Assembly: GCA_963663765.2 (NCBI GenBank)
Contig: CAXXUA010000005.1
Span: 64,001 to 128,000 of the forward strand
DNA: 64,000 bases
Source of the DNA: Candidatus Poribacteria bacterium
GTDB taxonomy: Bacteria; Poribacteria; WGA-4E; WGA-3G
Direction: 5' to 3'
Shown: in pieces, positions 49,299 through 59,453 of the stretch
Position numbering within the stretch: the first letter of the stretch is position 1
Layout of the letters: every line of letters starts with the position of its first letter
Translations under genes and position numbers: made by a program
Notes under the pieces: model-generated
Database searches by the model: none
Told to the model about the DNA's origin: nothing
What the model saw: the letters and a program-made list of their open reading frames with translations, nothing else

Positions 49299-50633
49299 CT
49301 AAATCTCCTTACAATAGACAATCGCAAGTCTCATCTGTTTTAATGCATCATATATCTGCGGTAGTTCCTCAAACCCGTAAGAGACTCGAAACTGTCGTTT
49401 CCCAATATCAACCATTTCACCATGCGGATGTACACAGTATTCTCCGGGAATATAAATCACCTTCGGTAACCGATTGTGCATAGGTCCGTCAATATCTTCC
49501 TGTCCGGTAGTTCGCGTCAAGTACTTAAAAAAATCAGAACTTGAATGTGTATCAATGTTTGAGAATGTCAAATAGTAATAAAATCCCGCACTACCACCAC
49601 TACACGTTTGAACGTTTGCAGCAAGTAAATCGTCTATCCATGTTCTGACCTGTTTCGCCTTTTCACTATATCCAATATTGACCTTTTCAACCTGTTTCTC
49701 AATACCGTTATCAAGCAAATAACTGGCAATTTCCTGATTGATAAGCGGTGCGCTAAAACCGATGTCACTTGTTCGTTGGATGATGGAATCAACAAATGCC
49801 CCCTTAGGTCCCATCAGGTAACCGATACGCAATCCAGGGGCAAGTATCTTTGATAATGTACCTATCTCATACACAATCCCAAGTTCATCGTAGCATAATG
49901 CAGACTCCATCGGTTCAACTGTTTTGTCATGCACGAGTTCACGGTAGGCGTTATCAAAAATAAGCGGAATCTTTCTACCAATGTCATAAGAATGTTCTGT
50001 TACAATCTCAACAAGTTCCCTATTTCTGTGATTAGAAAGGATAGCACAACTCGGATTGTTCACCGACACGACATAGAAAAACTGGATATTCTCTTTACCA
50101 CGTCCTATACGGTCTAATTTTGCTCTCAATAGATCAGTTTGTATACCATCATTGTCCTCAGGAATCGCAATGACTGAAAAACCTTTCCTTTCAAGATCGT
50201 TGCAGTAGATATAATACATCGGATCAGCAGTAACGACAATTCCAGTAGGTAGCACGTGCGTGATACTCTCTAACAAGCTTGTCGCACCATTTGCACCAAT
50301 GACGATTTCATTTGTCTCAAAGGTTTTTTCTGTGATACCACCAATACGATTGTCTACATGGTATCTTCTGATAGACTCAATAAGGTTAGGGGAACCTTGT
50401 GCTCCGCCATAGTTGAGGGAGGCGCGGTACTTCTGTGGGTTAGAAAGCACCGCAGCACAAGCAGCTTGAATCTGTTCCCGTGGGATTGTATCCTCATTGA
50501 CATACCCAACACCAAGATTAATATCTACACCATCACGAAATTCGACAGCAAAATCTGTCATCATTCGGTTCACTGGAGATGGAATACTTGATGCTTTTCC
50601 GTATTCAGAAAGCATTATGTCACGAATCTTCAT
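49299..50633 (-). CDS. PLP-dependent aminotransferase class I/II
   Basis: Motifs NNPS, DNAY, GTLSKILAPGLRIGY, RVSYG. Confidence 0.88.
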   Translation of the reverse strand: MKIRDIMLSEYGKASSIPSPVNRMMTDFAVEFRDGVDINLGVGYVNEDTIPREQIQAACAAVLSNPQKYRASLNYGGAQGSPNLIESIRRYHVDNRIGGITEKTFETNEIVIGANGATSLLESITHVLPTGIVVTADPMYYIYCNDLERKGFSVIAIPEDNDGIQTDLLRAKLDRIGRGKENIQFFYVVSVNNPSCAILSNHRNRELVEIVTEHSYDIGRKIPLIFDNAYRELVHDKTVEPMESALCYDELGIVYEIGTLSKILAPGLRIGYLMGPKGAFVDSIIQRTSDIGFSAPLINQEIASYLLDNGIEKQVEKVNIGYSEKAKQVRTWIDDLLAANVQTCSGGSAGFYYYLTFSNIDTHSSSDFFKYLTRTTGQEDIDGPMHNRLPKVIYIPGEYCVHPHGEMVDIGKRQFRVSYGFEELPQIYDALKQMRLAIVYCKEI

Positions 50634-50656
50634 AACTTGTAGTAGGATTTACCAAT

Positions 50657-51562
50657 TTACAATAGATCCCTAAGGGCAGCTTCAAGCGTGGAAAACTGAA
50701 ACTCATACCCGTTTGCCTCTGTCCTTTCTGGTAATACATTTTGGCTCAACACCACAAAGTTGGCAAACTCACCCATCATTATTTTCAATCCGAACAGAGG
50801 TACAGGAAAAATCGTAGGTTTTCGCAAAACGGAACCAAGGGTCTTTGTAAACTCAATGTTCCTGACAGGTGTAGGTGCGGTAGCATTCAACGCTCCATGA
50901 ATCTCATCATTTTCCAACGCATGCATCACAATACCGACTACATCGTCAATGTGAATCCACGACATCCACTGCTTACCACTGCCAAGTCTACCACCAAAAC
51001 CCATCTTGAATGGAGGAAGCACCTGATCTAACAGACCACCACCTAAACCGAGAACAAGTCCAATTCTAACAGATACTACTCGTATGCCAAGCTCACTTGC
51101 TTTCTGTGCTTCCGATTCCCATTCCTCACAAACCTTCGCAAGATAATCAGTACCTGCAGGAAATTCCTCCGTAAAACTGTCATCCCCACTGTCCCCATAC
51201 AGACCAATCGCTGAAGCACAAATCAGCACATCAGGTTTTGTATCAGTATCAAAAGATGCAACAAGGTTACGTGTAGAGAGGATACGACTATCCCGTATTC
51301 TCCGTTTTTTCTCTGCATTCCAACGTCCAGCAATCGTTTCACCAGCAAGATGAATCACCGCATGCAAGTCCGATGTCGCTTCGGATGGAAGATGTTCTGT
51401 TTCAGGATTCCAAGCATATATTTCTTTAGCAGCCTGTAACTTCGTTTTAGCACGTGCGGGGTCACGCGACACCACATGCACTGCATACTCTTTATCGTGG
51501 AGGGAATCACAGACACGACTACCGATAAATCCAGTGCCACCTGTGACCAATACTTTCTTCAT
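50657..51562 (-). CDS. TIGR01777 (YfcH/YfhF-like) NAD-dependent epimerase
   Basis: Motifs TGGTGFIG, HLAGE, SR..ST, GSGKQWMSWIHIDD. Confidence 0.92.
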   Translation of the reverse strand: MKKVLVTGGTGFIGSRVCDSLHDKEYAVHVVSRDPARAKTKLQAAKEIYAWNPETEHLPSEATSDLHAVIHLAGETIAGRWNAEKKRRIRDSRILSTRNLVASFDTDTKPDVLICASAIGLYGDSGDDSFTEEFPAGTDYLAKVCEEWESEAQKASELGIRVVSVRIGLVLGLGGGLLDQVLPPFKMGFGGRLGSGKQWMSWIHIDDVVGIVMHALENDEIHGALNATAPTPVRNIEFTKTLGSVLRKPTIFPVPLFGLKIMMGEFANFVVLSQNVLPERTEANGYEFQFSTLEAALRDLL

Positions 51563-51590
51563 CCTTTACCTCCATTCTTGTAACATTCTG

Positions 51591-52331
51591 TTATTTTGAT
51601 AATTCCAAGATTGTGTCTTCTAACTGCCGATAGTCATCAATCACAGCATCACTGAGTGTGTCATCTGTTTCTGCTTTATTAAATCCAGCATAACGAATTG
51701 CTTTCATACCAGCATTCTTCGCACCAACAATATCCGTTCTAACAATATCACCAATATGTAATGATTCCTTCGGATCAGCGTCTAATTCTTTCAACGTAGA
51801 ATAGAATTGCACAACTTCAGGTTTTGTTCGTTCCGTCTCATCAGAAAATGTGAATGCAGAAAAGTATTGCAAAATACCGTCCCGTTCCATCAGCTGCATT
51901 GCATATCTACCGGGAGTAAGCGCAGAATCTGAGATAATCCCAAGTGAATACTTATCACTTAACCTCGCCAATTCAGGTTTCACATGTGAAATAAGAACCG
52001 GAGGAGTCGCCAAAAACGCCTTACCAAGACATTCAATCAGAGAAACAATTTCATCCTCCTCCAACGTAATCTCAAGCGTTTCAGCAAACCATTCCAAACA
52101 CTTTTCCACAGATACACCCTTGTGTTGATACCAACTATTCATAGATAGCTCATACGCAGCATCCAAACCATCTGACACAGCCGAAGGTTCACACGCATAC
52201 CCATTTTCAATCAAATACTTATGACAATTTTCTATACGAACCACTTGTCGTCGTTTCCAGTTTTCAAGCGTATCCGCATATAACGTCTGCCAATAATCAA
52301 ATGTAATTGCTTTAAACATCAATTCTCCCAT
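51591..52331 (-). CDS. HAD-superfamily hydrolase
   Basis: Motifs FDYWQTL, KP, HIGD...DIVGA..AG. Confidence 0.9.
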   Translation of the reverse strand: MGELMFKAITFDYWQTLYADTLENWKRRQVVRIENCHKYLIENGYACEPSAVSDGLDAAYELSMNSWYQHKGVSVEKCLEWFAETLEITLEEDEIVSLIECLGKAFLATPPVLISHVKPELARLSDKYSLGIISDSALTPGRYAMQLMERDGILQYFSAFTFSDETERTKPEVVQFYSTLKELDADPKESLHIGDIVRTDIVGAKNAGMKAIRYAGFNKAETDDTLSDAVIDDYRQLEDTILELSK

Positions 52332-52367
52332 ATTACCCTAATTTTTTATTTTTCAAAACTCTGACTT

Positions 52368-52396
52368 ATTTTAACCATTGCGGTGTAAGATGTCAA
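52368..52396 (-). promoter_or_regulatory. sigma70 promoter for the HAD operon
   Basis: TTGACA-17bp-TAAAAT. Confidence 0.65.
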
Positions 52397-52972
52397 GAGA
52401 CAATTGTTTAATGCACTTTTTAGGTATTACCATCATAACTGTTGAACTAAACGAAATAATTCATAAATAAGTTGACTAGTTGACTATTAAATGAATAAAA
52501 AATGAAAAACAGTACATTTTTACTTGACAAACGTTAATTTTAAATGTTATTATATACTTAACACTATTATTAATTGTCAGCACTTATTCCAATAGACATA
52601 CATGAACTCACAAAAATGCATCCAAAATAAAAGTTTTTCAATAATACATTTCTTCAAAAATAGACAAATTATCAGAGAAAGCAAAAAGTTACACATGATG
52701 AAAATTAATTTTATTAAAAATCTACAAAATTAGCTATAATCCCTTACAGTAACTGGGTTTATATCCAATTTCAAAAGTTACTAAAAAAACGAAAAAAGTG
52801 TCCATTTGAAAACTTTTTGGAATGTGCAATGTTCCCGCCTAATTTAAGTTAGCTTGACAGAATCGCGGATTACGCAGTGGTGGGGAGACGGAATCCGTGT
52901 AATCCGCGATTACATACCCAACTCCACCAAATCCGCTATTTTATACACACCACACCATCAAATAAAACAAAC

Positions 52973-53001
52973 TTGAAAAAATGTCCTTTTTAAGGTATAA
53001 T
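52973..53001 (+). promoter_or_regulatory. sigma70 promoter for porY-porX
   Basis: TTGAAA-17bp-TATAAT. Confidence 0.65.
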
Positions 53002-53050
53002 ATTAAGATACCGATATGTTGTAGAGCAATAATTTTGCTCAGGGAGTTTT

Positions 53051-54535
53051 GTGTTGAGGTGGAAACGGAGTATTACTTCTATATATCCAACTGGTCGGTT
53101 GATGCTCAGTTATTTCGCTGTAGGCGTAGGTATATTAATTCTTATATTTACCTATTATACACGTCAAATCACGAATCTGAATGCAGACATTGAAGCACAA
53201 ATTGAGATCTTTGTGAATCTTGCCGCAGAAATACCAAGTATTGAAGACCGCACCCTGCAACAACGCCTCCTAACAGTCATGAGGAAAGAACTATATGCTG
53301 AAAATAGATCAAGGCGGTTTTCATTTATTATCACCGATGCAGTTGGAAAAGTGGAAATTTCGCAAGGAATTGAGAAGAAATTAGACGCTAAAGTCAACGA
53401 AAGCAATACAGTAACGTTTACAAAAAATGAGAAAGAACTCCTAACAGCAACATTAGAACGGATGAAAAACAAGAATCAGCAACGAAAAATACCGTTCCTA
53501 AAAGAAGATAGACAAATTACTGGATACTTTTACTACGGAGACGCTGCACCCAGTGAAATGGCACAACTCCCATTTGCAATCACTGATACTGAAAAGACAC
53601 CACAAAAATGGCAAATGTGGAACGATGTCATCACTAACGAAAACGCTACACCTGAACAGAGAGAACGCGCAAACACCTTTGTCCAAAATTCGCCAGCATT
53701 CGCAGCTCTACAAACAACGCCAGATTGGCAAGATGGATATTTCTATTACGAAATAAAATCATTTTATGGACTGCTAATAACACCCGTTGTATTATCTATT
53801 GTATTGTCTATTTTCGCTTTCGCGTCTATACTCATCTACCGACAGATAAAATCTTATGAACATGCAGCGATTTGGGGTGGACTGGCAAAAGAAACCGCAC
53901 ACCAACTCGGAACACCCATCTCAGCATTATTAGCATGGACCGAGCTCTTAAACGAACGAAGTAAAGAAACTGAAGACGATGTACTCGCTGAACTCGCTGA
54001 AAACATGCACAGCGACTTACAACGTCTACAAAATACCACAACACGATTCGGATTGATCGGCACAGAACCCACAAAAAGTGAGACCAACCTAAAGGAAGTA
54101 CTTGATGAAGTTCTCACTTATTTTGAACGCAGACTACCACAAATCAGCCGAAACATTGAAATCAAAGTTATGCCAAATGAGATTCCCACAATTAATGCAA
54201 ATGCACATTTACTTCAGTGGGTTTTTGAGAACTTAATCCGAAATTCTTTGGATGCATTCAAAAAAGAACAAGGATATATCAGAATTGAACCGAATTATGA
54301 TAAAAGACAAAAACAGGTCATTATCAGATATTCGGACAACGGTTGCGGGATACCCACTGAAAAACAACGCGTTATCTTTAATCCCGGCATGACTACAAAA
54401 ACACACGGATGGGGACTCGGTTTGACAATCGTACGTCGAATCGTTAACGACTATCATCACGGAAATATCAGGTTAATCAATAGCACCCCTGATGGAACAA
54501 CATTTGAAATTCGCTTACCGTCCAAAGCCTCTTAG
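53051..54535 (+). CDS. porY: PorY-like sensor histidine kinase
   Basis: Two TM segments; H-box WGGLAKETAHQLGTPIS; WVFENLIRNSLDA, DNGCG, TTK..GWGLGL. Confidence 0.75.
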   Translation: MLRWKRSITSIYPTGRLMLSYFAVGVGILILIFTYYTRQITNLNADIEAQIEIFVNLAAEIPSIEDRTLQQRLLTVMRKELYAENRSRRFSFIITDAVGKVEISQGIEKKLDAKVNESNTVTFTKNEKELLTATLERMKNKNQQRKIPFLKEDRQITGYFYYGDAAPSEMAQLPFAITDTEKTPQKWQMWNDVITNENATPEQRERANTFVQNSPAFAALQTTPDWQDGYFYYEIKSFYGLLITPVVLSIVLSIFAFASILIYRQIKSYEHAAIWGGLAKETAHQLGTPISALLAWTELLNERSKETEDDVLAELAENMHSDLQRLQNTTTRFGLIGTEPTKSETNLKEVLDEVLTYFERRLPQISRNIEIKVMPNEIPTINANAHLLQWVFENLIRNSLDAFKKEQGYIRIEPNYDKRQKQVIIRYSDNGCGIPTEKQRVIFNPGMTTKTHGWGLGLTIVRRIVNDYHHGNIRLINSTPDGTTFEIRLPSKAS

Positions 54536-54553
54536 CCTATAATAGGAACAGTT

Positions 54554-56128
54554 ATGCACAACAAAACTCACAATGTCCTCTGGATAGATGATGAAATTGA
54601 AGCATTACTGCCACACAGACGTTTTCTTGAAAACAAAGGATATGATGTCACTCCCGCTACAAATGGTGAAGACGGTATTGAATTGCTTAAACAGAAAAAC
54701 AACTCTTATGATGCCATCCTCCTTGACCAAGTAATGCCCGGTAAAGATGGCATGGCTACACTAGACATCATTCGGACTATAAATACACAAGTTCCTGTTA
54801 TACTTGTGACACAGTCAAGTGATGACAAATTTATTGATGTCGCCCTCGGTAAACAGGTCACTGATTTTTTGGTCAAACCAATTGGAGTCGCACAGATCGC
54901 TTCCACACTCAAACGTGTACTTGAACAAAAACATATTGTAGAAAACCAAATACCAGGACGATACACTAACGACTTTAATACAATTACTAATCTCAAAGCA
55001 TCTCAACCAAGTTGGCAAGATTGGATTGATATATACGTCAAATTACTTCAATGGGAACTACTTTCTGATAAATTAACTGAACAGGGTTTAGAAGAAACGC
55101 ACTTAGAGCAAAAAAAAGAATGCAATTCCGAATTCTCTGATTTCGTAGATACAAATTACCCTGAATGGGTCAACGGCACGAAAGATAGACCCCCATTGTC
55201 TGTTGATGTATTAGACCAACACGTGATGCCTCTACTTCAAGCAAATGTTCCAACCTATTTTATTGTCGTCGACTGCTTCAGACTAGATCATTGGATGGCA
55301 ATAGAACCCTTGCTCTACCCCTATTTCTCAATCGATCTAAACTATAGTTTTTCGATTCTACCAAGCGCTACGATGTATTCACGAAACGCACTATTTAGCG
55401 GGTTGTTCCCCGCTGAAATCGCAAAAGACTATCCACAATATTGGCAGGAGAAATCAGACGGAGGCACAAGCACAAACCAATTTGAACGACAACTGCTTGA
55501 AGAATACTTGAAAAGAAACGGAATCAGGATAAAACCTGGAGTACAATATTTCAAAATATTTGATATACGCGGAGGAATTGAATACAAAAAGCGGCTCGCT
55601 TCAGCAACACGCATCGGTTTATCAACTTTAGTTGTAAACTTCATTGACATTCTTACACATCAACGATCACAATCAGAAGTCTTACAACAACTCGCACCAG
55701 ATGAACCCGCATTTCGCGCATTAGCACGATCATGGTTCGCACACTCAGCACTGTATGATATACTACGTCAAATTGCTGACCAAGGTGCTCACGTAGTACT
55801 CACCGCAGACCACGGCTCAGAATTCTGCAATAGAGCTACACGTGCATACGGTAATCGAGACACAAGCACAAGCCTTCGCTTCAAAATTGGGAATAACCTA
55901 GCATGCGACCAAAATCAAGCTGTATACATTCCTAATCCAAAGGAATATAAACTACCAGCTGAAAACGCAAGCAAAGATTATATTCTCGCAAAAGACGATT
56001 ATTACTTCGTCTATCCAAACGACTTCTATAAATACAAGCGGCAGTTTCAAGGGGGATTCCAACACGGCGGAATATCATTAGGAGAAATGATAACACCCGT
56101 CGCAACACTAACACCAAGGAAAAATTAA
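54554..56128 (+). CDS. porX: PorX-like response regulator (REC plus PglZ alkaline-phosphatase domain)
   Basis: Motifs LWIDDE, LLDQVMPGKDG, SILPSATMYSRNALFSG, NFIDILTH, TADHG, FQHGGISLGEM. Confidence 0.85.
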   Translation: MHNKTHNVLWIDDEIEALLPHRRFLENKGYDVTPATNGEDGIELLKQKNNSYDAILLDQVMPGKDGMATLDIIRTINTQVPVILVTQSSDDKFIDVALGKQVTDFLVKPIGVAQIASTLKRVLEQKHIVENQIPGRYTNDFNTITNLKASQPSWQDWIDIYVKLLQWELLSDKLTEQGLEETHLEQKKECNSEFSDFVDTNYPEWVNGTKDRPPLSVDVLDQHVMPLLQANVPTYFIVVDCFRLDHWMAIEPLLYPYFSIDLNYSFSILPSATMYSRNALFSGLFPAEIAKDYPQYWQEKSDGGTSTNQFERQLLEEYLKRNGIRIKPGVQYFKIFDIRGGIEYKKRLASATRIGLSTLVVNFIDILTHQRSQSEVLQQLAPDEPAFRALARSWFAHSALYDILRQIADQGAHVVLTADHGSEFCNRATRAYGNRDTSTSLRFKIGNNLACDQNQAVYIPNPKEYKLPAENASKDYILAKDDYYFVYPNDFYKYKRQFQGGFQHGGISLGEMITPVATLTPRKN

Positions 56129-56372
56129 TCTGCTATCACCAATCCATATATGGATTGAATTGGCAATCTTAAGCATAGAAAAATTATGGTAGATAACCTT
56201 ATGTATATGTATTCCCTCAATATCAAGGAGTCAATAGGTTTAGATTTCAACTCTCAACTGAAATTGAACTCTCAAATACCTATCCTACTAAAACTTCCGC
56301 TTTTTCAATTGACAGACTTTTTTTACCGAGATGCTTTTCAAAGTAAAAGCATGATAGGAGGATATACTAATA

Positions 56373-57920
56373 ATGGAAAAGGAGATACTTATTTCTGACG
56401 ATGAGTATGAAACAAGATGTGCTGTTCTTGAAAAAGGAATACTCAATGAAATTCACATTGAACGAAAAGCGACAAAAACAGTATTAGGAAATCTATATAA
56501 AGGACGCGTTGAAAACGTCCTACCCGGCATGCAAGTCGCTTTCGTTGATATTGGTTTAGAACGACACGCTTTTCTACATATTTCTGACCTAAAATATAAT
56601 AATTCCGAAAATGGGAATTCGGACGACGGTTTGCCAACTTTAGATATGCAGGCAACACCAACAAAAAAATCAAGGGGAGGAAGAGGATTCCCATTCCTCA
56701 TTACCGATCTCATCTCAAAAAATCAGGAACTATTGGTACAAGTTGGAAAAGAACCTATCGGAAGCAAAGGAGCACGGGTTACAAGCAATATAACCTTACC
56801 CGGACGCTATGTTGTTTACCTGCCGAACTCAACTACTATCGGTGTGTCACGCCGAATTGAGTCTGAAACCGAACGTGACAGATTGCGCGACTTAGCACAA
56901 AAATTAAAAGCTGACGTTGAAGGCGGGTTTATTATACGAACCGCAGCTGAAGGCTTGAGCGAAGATGAATTCGCAACAGAAATCCAATCTCTGTTCAATC
57001 AATGGAAACAAGTCAGAGAACGCGCAAAACGAAAAGGCGCTCCTATACTAATTAACAGAGATGTGAGTTTCGCAAATCGAATCGTACGCGACATGCTAAC
57101 AAAGGATGTTAAGCAACTCCTCATAGATTCAAAATCCAGCTATAATGAAACAGTTGAATATGTCACATCAGTAATGCCAAACATGCTGGAGCGAATAAGT
57201 CTTTACACCGAAGACACCGCCCTTTTTAAAACCTATGGTGTAGACCAAGAATTACAACAAGCACTCGGTGAAAAAATTTGGCTCAAGTGCGGCGGCCACA
57301 TCATCATTCAGCAAACTGAGGCAATGGTCTCAATTGATGTCAACACAGGGAAATTCGTCGGAAAATCTGACCCTGACAACACAATCCTAAGCGCAAACCT
57401 TGAGGCAGTTGATGAAGTCGTCCGGCAAATTCAACTTCGCGATTTAGGCGGCATTATCGTTGTTGACTTTATTGACATGGATGAACCCGCACATCGCAAA
57501 CAGGTTTTCAAATTGCTGCAGGAAGCATTACGCAAAGACAAAGCACGCACCAATATCCTTCGATTTTCAGATTTAGGACTCGTGGAAATGACCCGACAAC
57601 GTACACGCCAAAGCTTATCCACATTGCTTACAGAACAGTGTCCATACTGTGAAGGACATGGCACTGTTTTATCAATAGAAACTGTAGTTATCGGATTGTT
57701 GCGAACTATAAAAAGGGCATACCAACATACTCGCCAATCCAAATTGCGAATTATAGCGAATGATCAAATCGTGTCACATCTAAACGCACAAATGTCCGAA
57801 AAATTACGAGAACTGAAAAGATCATTAAAACTGCAATTAACACTTGAACCCGACGCGGACCTACATCTTGAAGACTACAGAATCTTCGCCGCAAACGGTG
57901 AAGAACTGTACTTGGATTAA
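56373..57920 (+). CDS. rng: Ribonuclease E/G family (RNase G-like)
   Basis: Motifs GNLYKGRV..VLPGMQ.AFVDIG, KEPIGSKGAR, IDVNTG, GGIIVVDFIDM, GLVEMTRQR, CPYC.G.G. Confidence 0.93.
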   Translation: MEKEILISDDEYETRCAVLEKGILNEIHIERKATKTVLGNLYKGRVENVLPGMQVAFVDIGLERHAFLHISDLKYNNSENGNSDDGLPTLDMQATPTKKSRGGRGFPFLITDLISKNQELLVQVGKEPIGSKGARVTSNITLPGRYVVYLPNSTTIGVSRRIESETERDRLRDLAQKLKADVEGGFIIRTAAEGLSEDEFATEIQSLFNQWKQVRERAKRKGAPILINRDVSFANRIVRDMLTKDVKQLLIDSKSSYNETVEYVTSVMPNMLERISLYTEDTALFKTYGVDQELQQALGEKIWLKCGGHIIIQQTEAMVSIDVNTGKFVGKSDPDNTILSANLEAVDEVVRQIQLRDLGGIIVVDFIDMDEPAHRKQVFKLLQEALRKDKARTNILRFSDLGLVEMTRQRTRQSLSTLLTEQCPYCEGHGTVLSIETVVIGLLRTIKRAYQHTRQSKLRIIANDQIVSHLNAQMSEKLRELKRSLKLQLTLEPDADLHLEDYRIFAANGEELYLD

Positions 57921-57943
57921 CATCAACAACTCTGTCAAAAAGA

Positions 57944-58105
57944 CTGGGCTATTTAGTTTTCCTAATTTTTGGATTTATGAAAAAGAAACCCCGCGGCAGG
58001 AACGACTCGGGGAATGCCAAAAGGCATTCATACCGTTGATTTCTTGATTTACCAGTCACGATTTTCTCAGAAAACGGGTAAAATGGGTAAAACTGAATAA
58101 CCCTG
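57944..58105 (+). mobile_element. MITE family B copy with a nested hairpin insert
   Basis: Ends CTGGGCTATTTAGTTTT / AAAACTGAATAACCCTG; 9-bp TSD TCAAAAAGA. Confidence 0.85.
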
Positions 58106-58296
58106 TCAAAAAGACTTGACTTTTAACACAAAATGTGGCATTATATAATTATCCGAATAGCAAAAAATGGTCGAATAGGTGCGTCCAATGCTCTTTTGAC
58201 ATCTCTCTATTGCACAACACCATAGGGTATAAAATTAAAAATAGATAATCCCGCTAAATTCATAGGATTTCTACACCTAAAAGGAGTGAAAACAAA

Positions 58297-58659
58297 ATGT
58301 ATGCAGTATTTGCAAGCGGTGGGAAACAGCATCGCGTTGAGGTCGGCAGCCTCATAGATTTAGAAAAATTAGACAGTACTGTCGGTGAAACAGTCACATT
58401 TCCCTCCGTTTTAGCGATTGCCGGTGATGACGGTCAACTCCAAACAGGTACTCCCTATCTGGAAAACATGTCCGTCACAGGGGAAGTCGTTCAGCAAGGA
58501 CGTGCGAAAAAGATCATCGTCTTCAAGTCTAAACGCAGAAAAGGATATAAACGCAAATTAGGACACCGTCAATCATTTACACGAATTAAAATTACCGCAA
58601 TCGATGGTCAGAATAATACCACGGTTGAGGCAGAGGAGGTTGAAGCCAATGGCACATAA
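58297..58659 (+). CDS. rplU: 50S ribosomal protein L21
   Basis: Motifs [31 protein letters not shown]. Confidence 0.97.
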   Translation: MYAVFASGGKQHRVEVGSLIDLEKLDSTVGETVTFPSVLAIAGDDGQLQTGTPYLENMSVTGEVVQQGRAKKIIVFKSKRRKGYKRKLGHRQSFTRIKITAIDGQNNTTVEAEEVEANGT

Positions 58660-58915
58660 GAAAGGTGGCGGAAGTACACGTAACGGTCGTGACAGTATCG
58701 GTAAACGGTTGGGTGTCAAAAGGTTTTCTGGAAACTACGTTTCAGCAGGAAGCATTCTTGTCAGGCAACGCGGATCACATTTACACGCAGGTAACAACGT
58801 AGGCACCGGCAGAGACTATACGCTCTTCTCAAAAATTGATGGGTATGTCTGGTTTGAACGAAAAGACAAATACCGTCGCAAGGTGAGTGTCTACACTGAA
58901 CGTCCCGCGTTCTAA
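58649..58915 (+). CDS. rpmA: 50S ribosomal protein L27
   Basis: [22 protein letters not shown]; true ATG at 58649 after GGAGG. Confidence 0.97.
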   Translation: MAHKKGGGSTRNGRDSIGKRLGVKRFSGNYVSAGSILVRQRGSHLHAGNNVGTGRDYTLFSKIDGYVWFERKDKYRRKVSVYTERPAF

Positions 58916-58928
58916 TAGACCCCTTTGG

Positions 58929-58956
58929 AAAGCCTCACCTTGTGTGGGGCTTTTTT
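58929..58956 (+). terminator. Intrinsic terminator of rplU-rpmA
   Basis: AAAGCCTCAC-cttgt-GTGGGGCTTTTTT. Confidence 0.85.
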
Positions 58957-59036
58957 GCTTATGACACAAAACTAAATTACCTCGTGCTTTACGATTTTTT
59001 CAGGACAGCGCATACTTTAACAATAAGGAAAATAAC

Positions 59037-59441
59037 GTGAAATGGATAATCCCACTTCTAATATCAATTGTTCTATTGGGATGTAGCAATAAACGAGTCC
59101 AACAGTTGGCAATTGAAACGATGGAAAACGCTCAAGTTAGCATTAAATCTGCCGAAAACGTCGGTGCACACGACGTCGCTACCAATGAGTTAAACGCTGC
59201 TCTGGAAATGCTTACCAGAGCGGACTCTGCATTGCGATCCGGAGACGCAGAACGCACTTACAGATTAGCATTACGAGCATATCTTCATGCACGAATTGCT
59301 ACTGAAAAATCATTAGCTGTCCGACAAGAATCACAAGTTCAAGAAGCACAAGCGGCATTAGAACTACAACAACAAGCAACGACAGAAATTCAAAACAACT
59401 TACAAACTCTCAAAGCAGAACGCGACGCACAAATGAAATGA
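59037..59441 (+). CDS. DUF4398-like helical lipoprotein
   Basis: Lipobox LLGC; A...GA...A..EL..A...L..A pattern; upstream of an OmpA-domain gene. Confidence 0.7.
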   Translation: MKWIIPLLISIVLLGCSNKRVQQLAIETMENAQVSIKSAENVGAHDVATNELNAALEMLTRADSALRSGDAERTYRLALRAYLHARIATEKSLAVRQESQVQEAQAALELQQQATTEIQNNLQTLKAERDAQMK

Positions 59442-59453
59442 GGGATAGTATAT

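Noticed and set aside
52400-52970. Possible replication origin in the AT-rich gap
   Set aside because: No cluster of DnaA boxes (TTATCCACA) and no dnaA/dnaN/gidA context.
54554-56128. BREX defence system suggested by the PglZ domain
   Set aside because: The REC-PglZ fusion beside a histidine kinase is PorX-type; no brxC, pglX or brxL is nearby.
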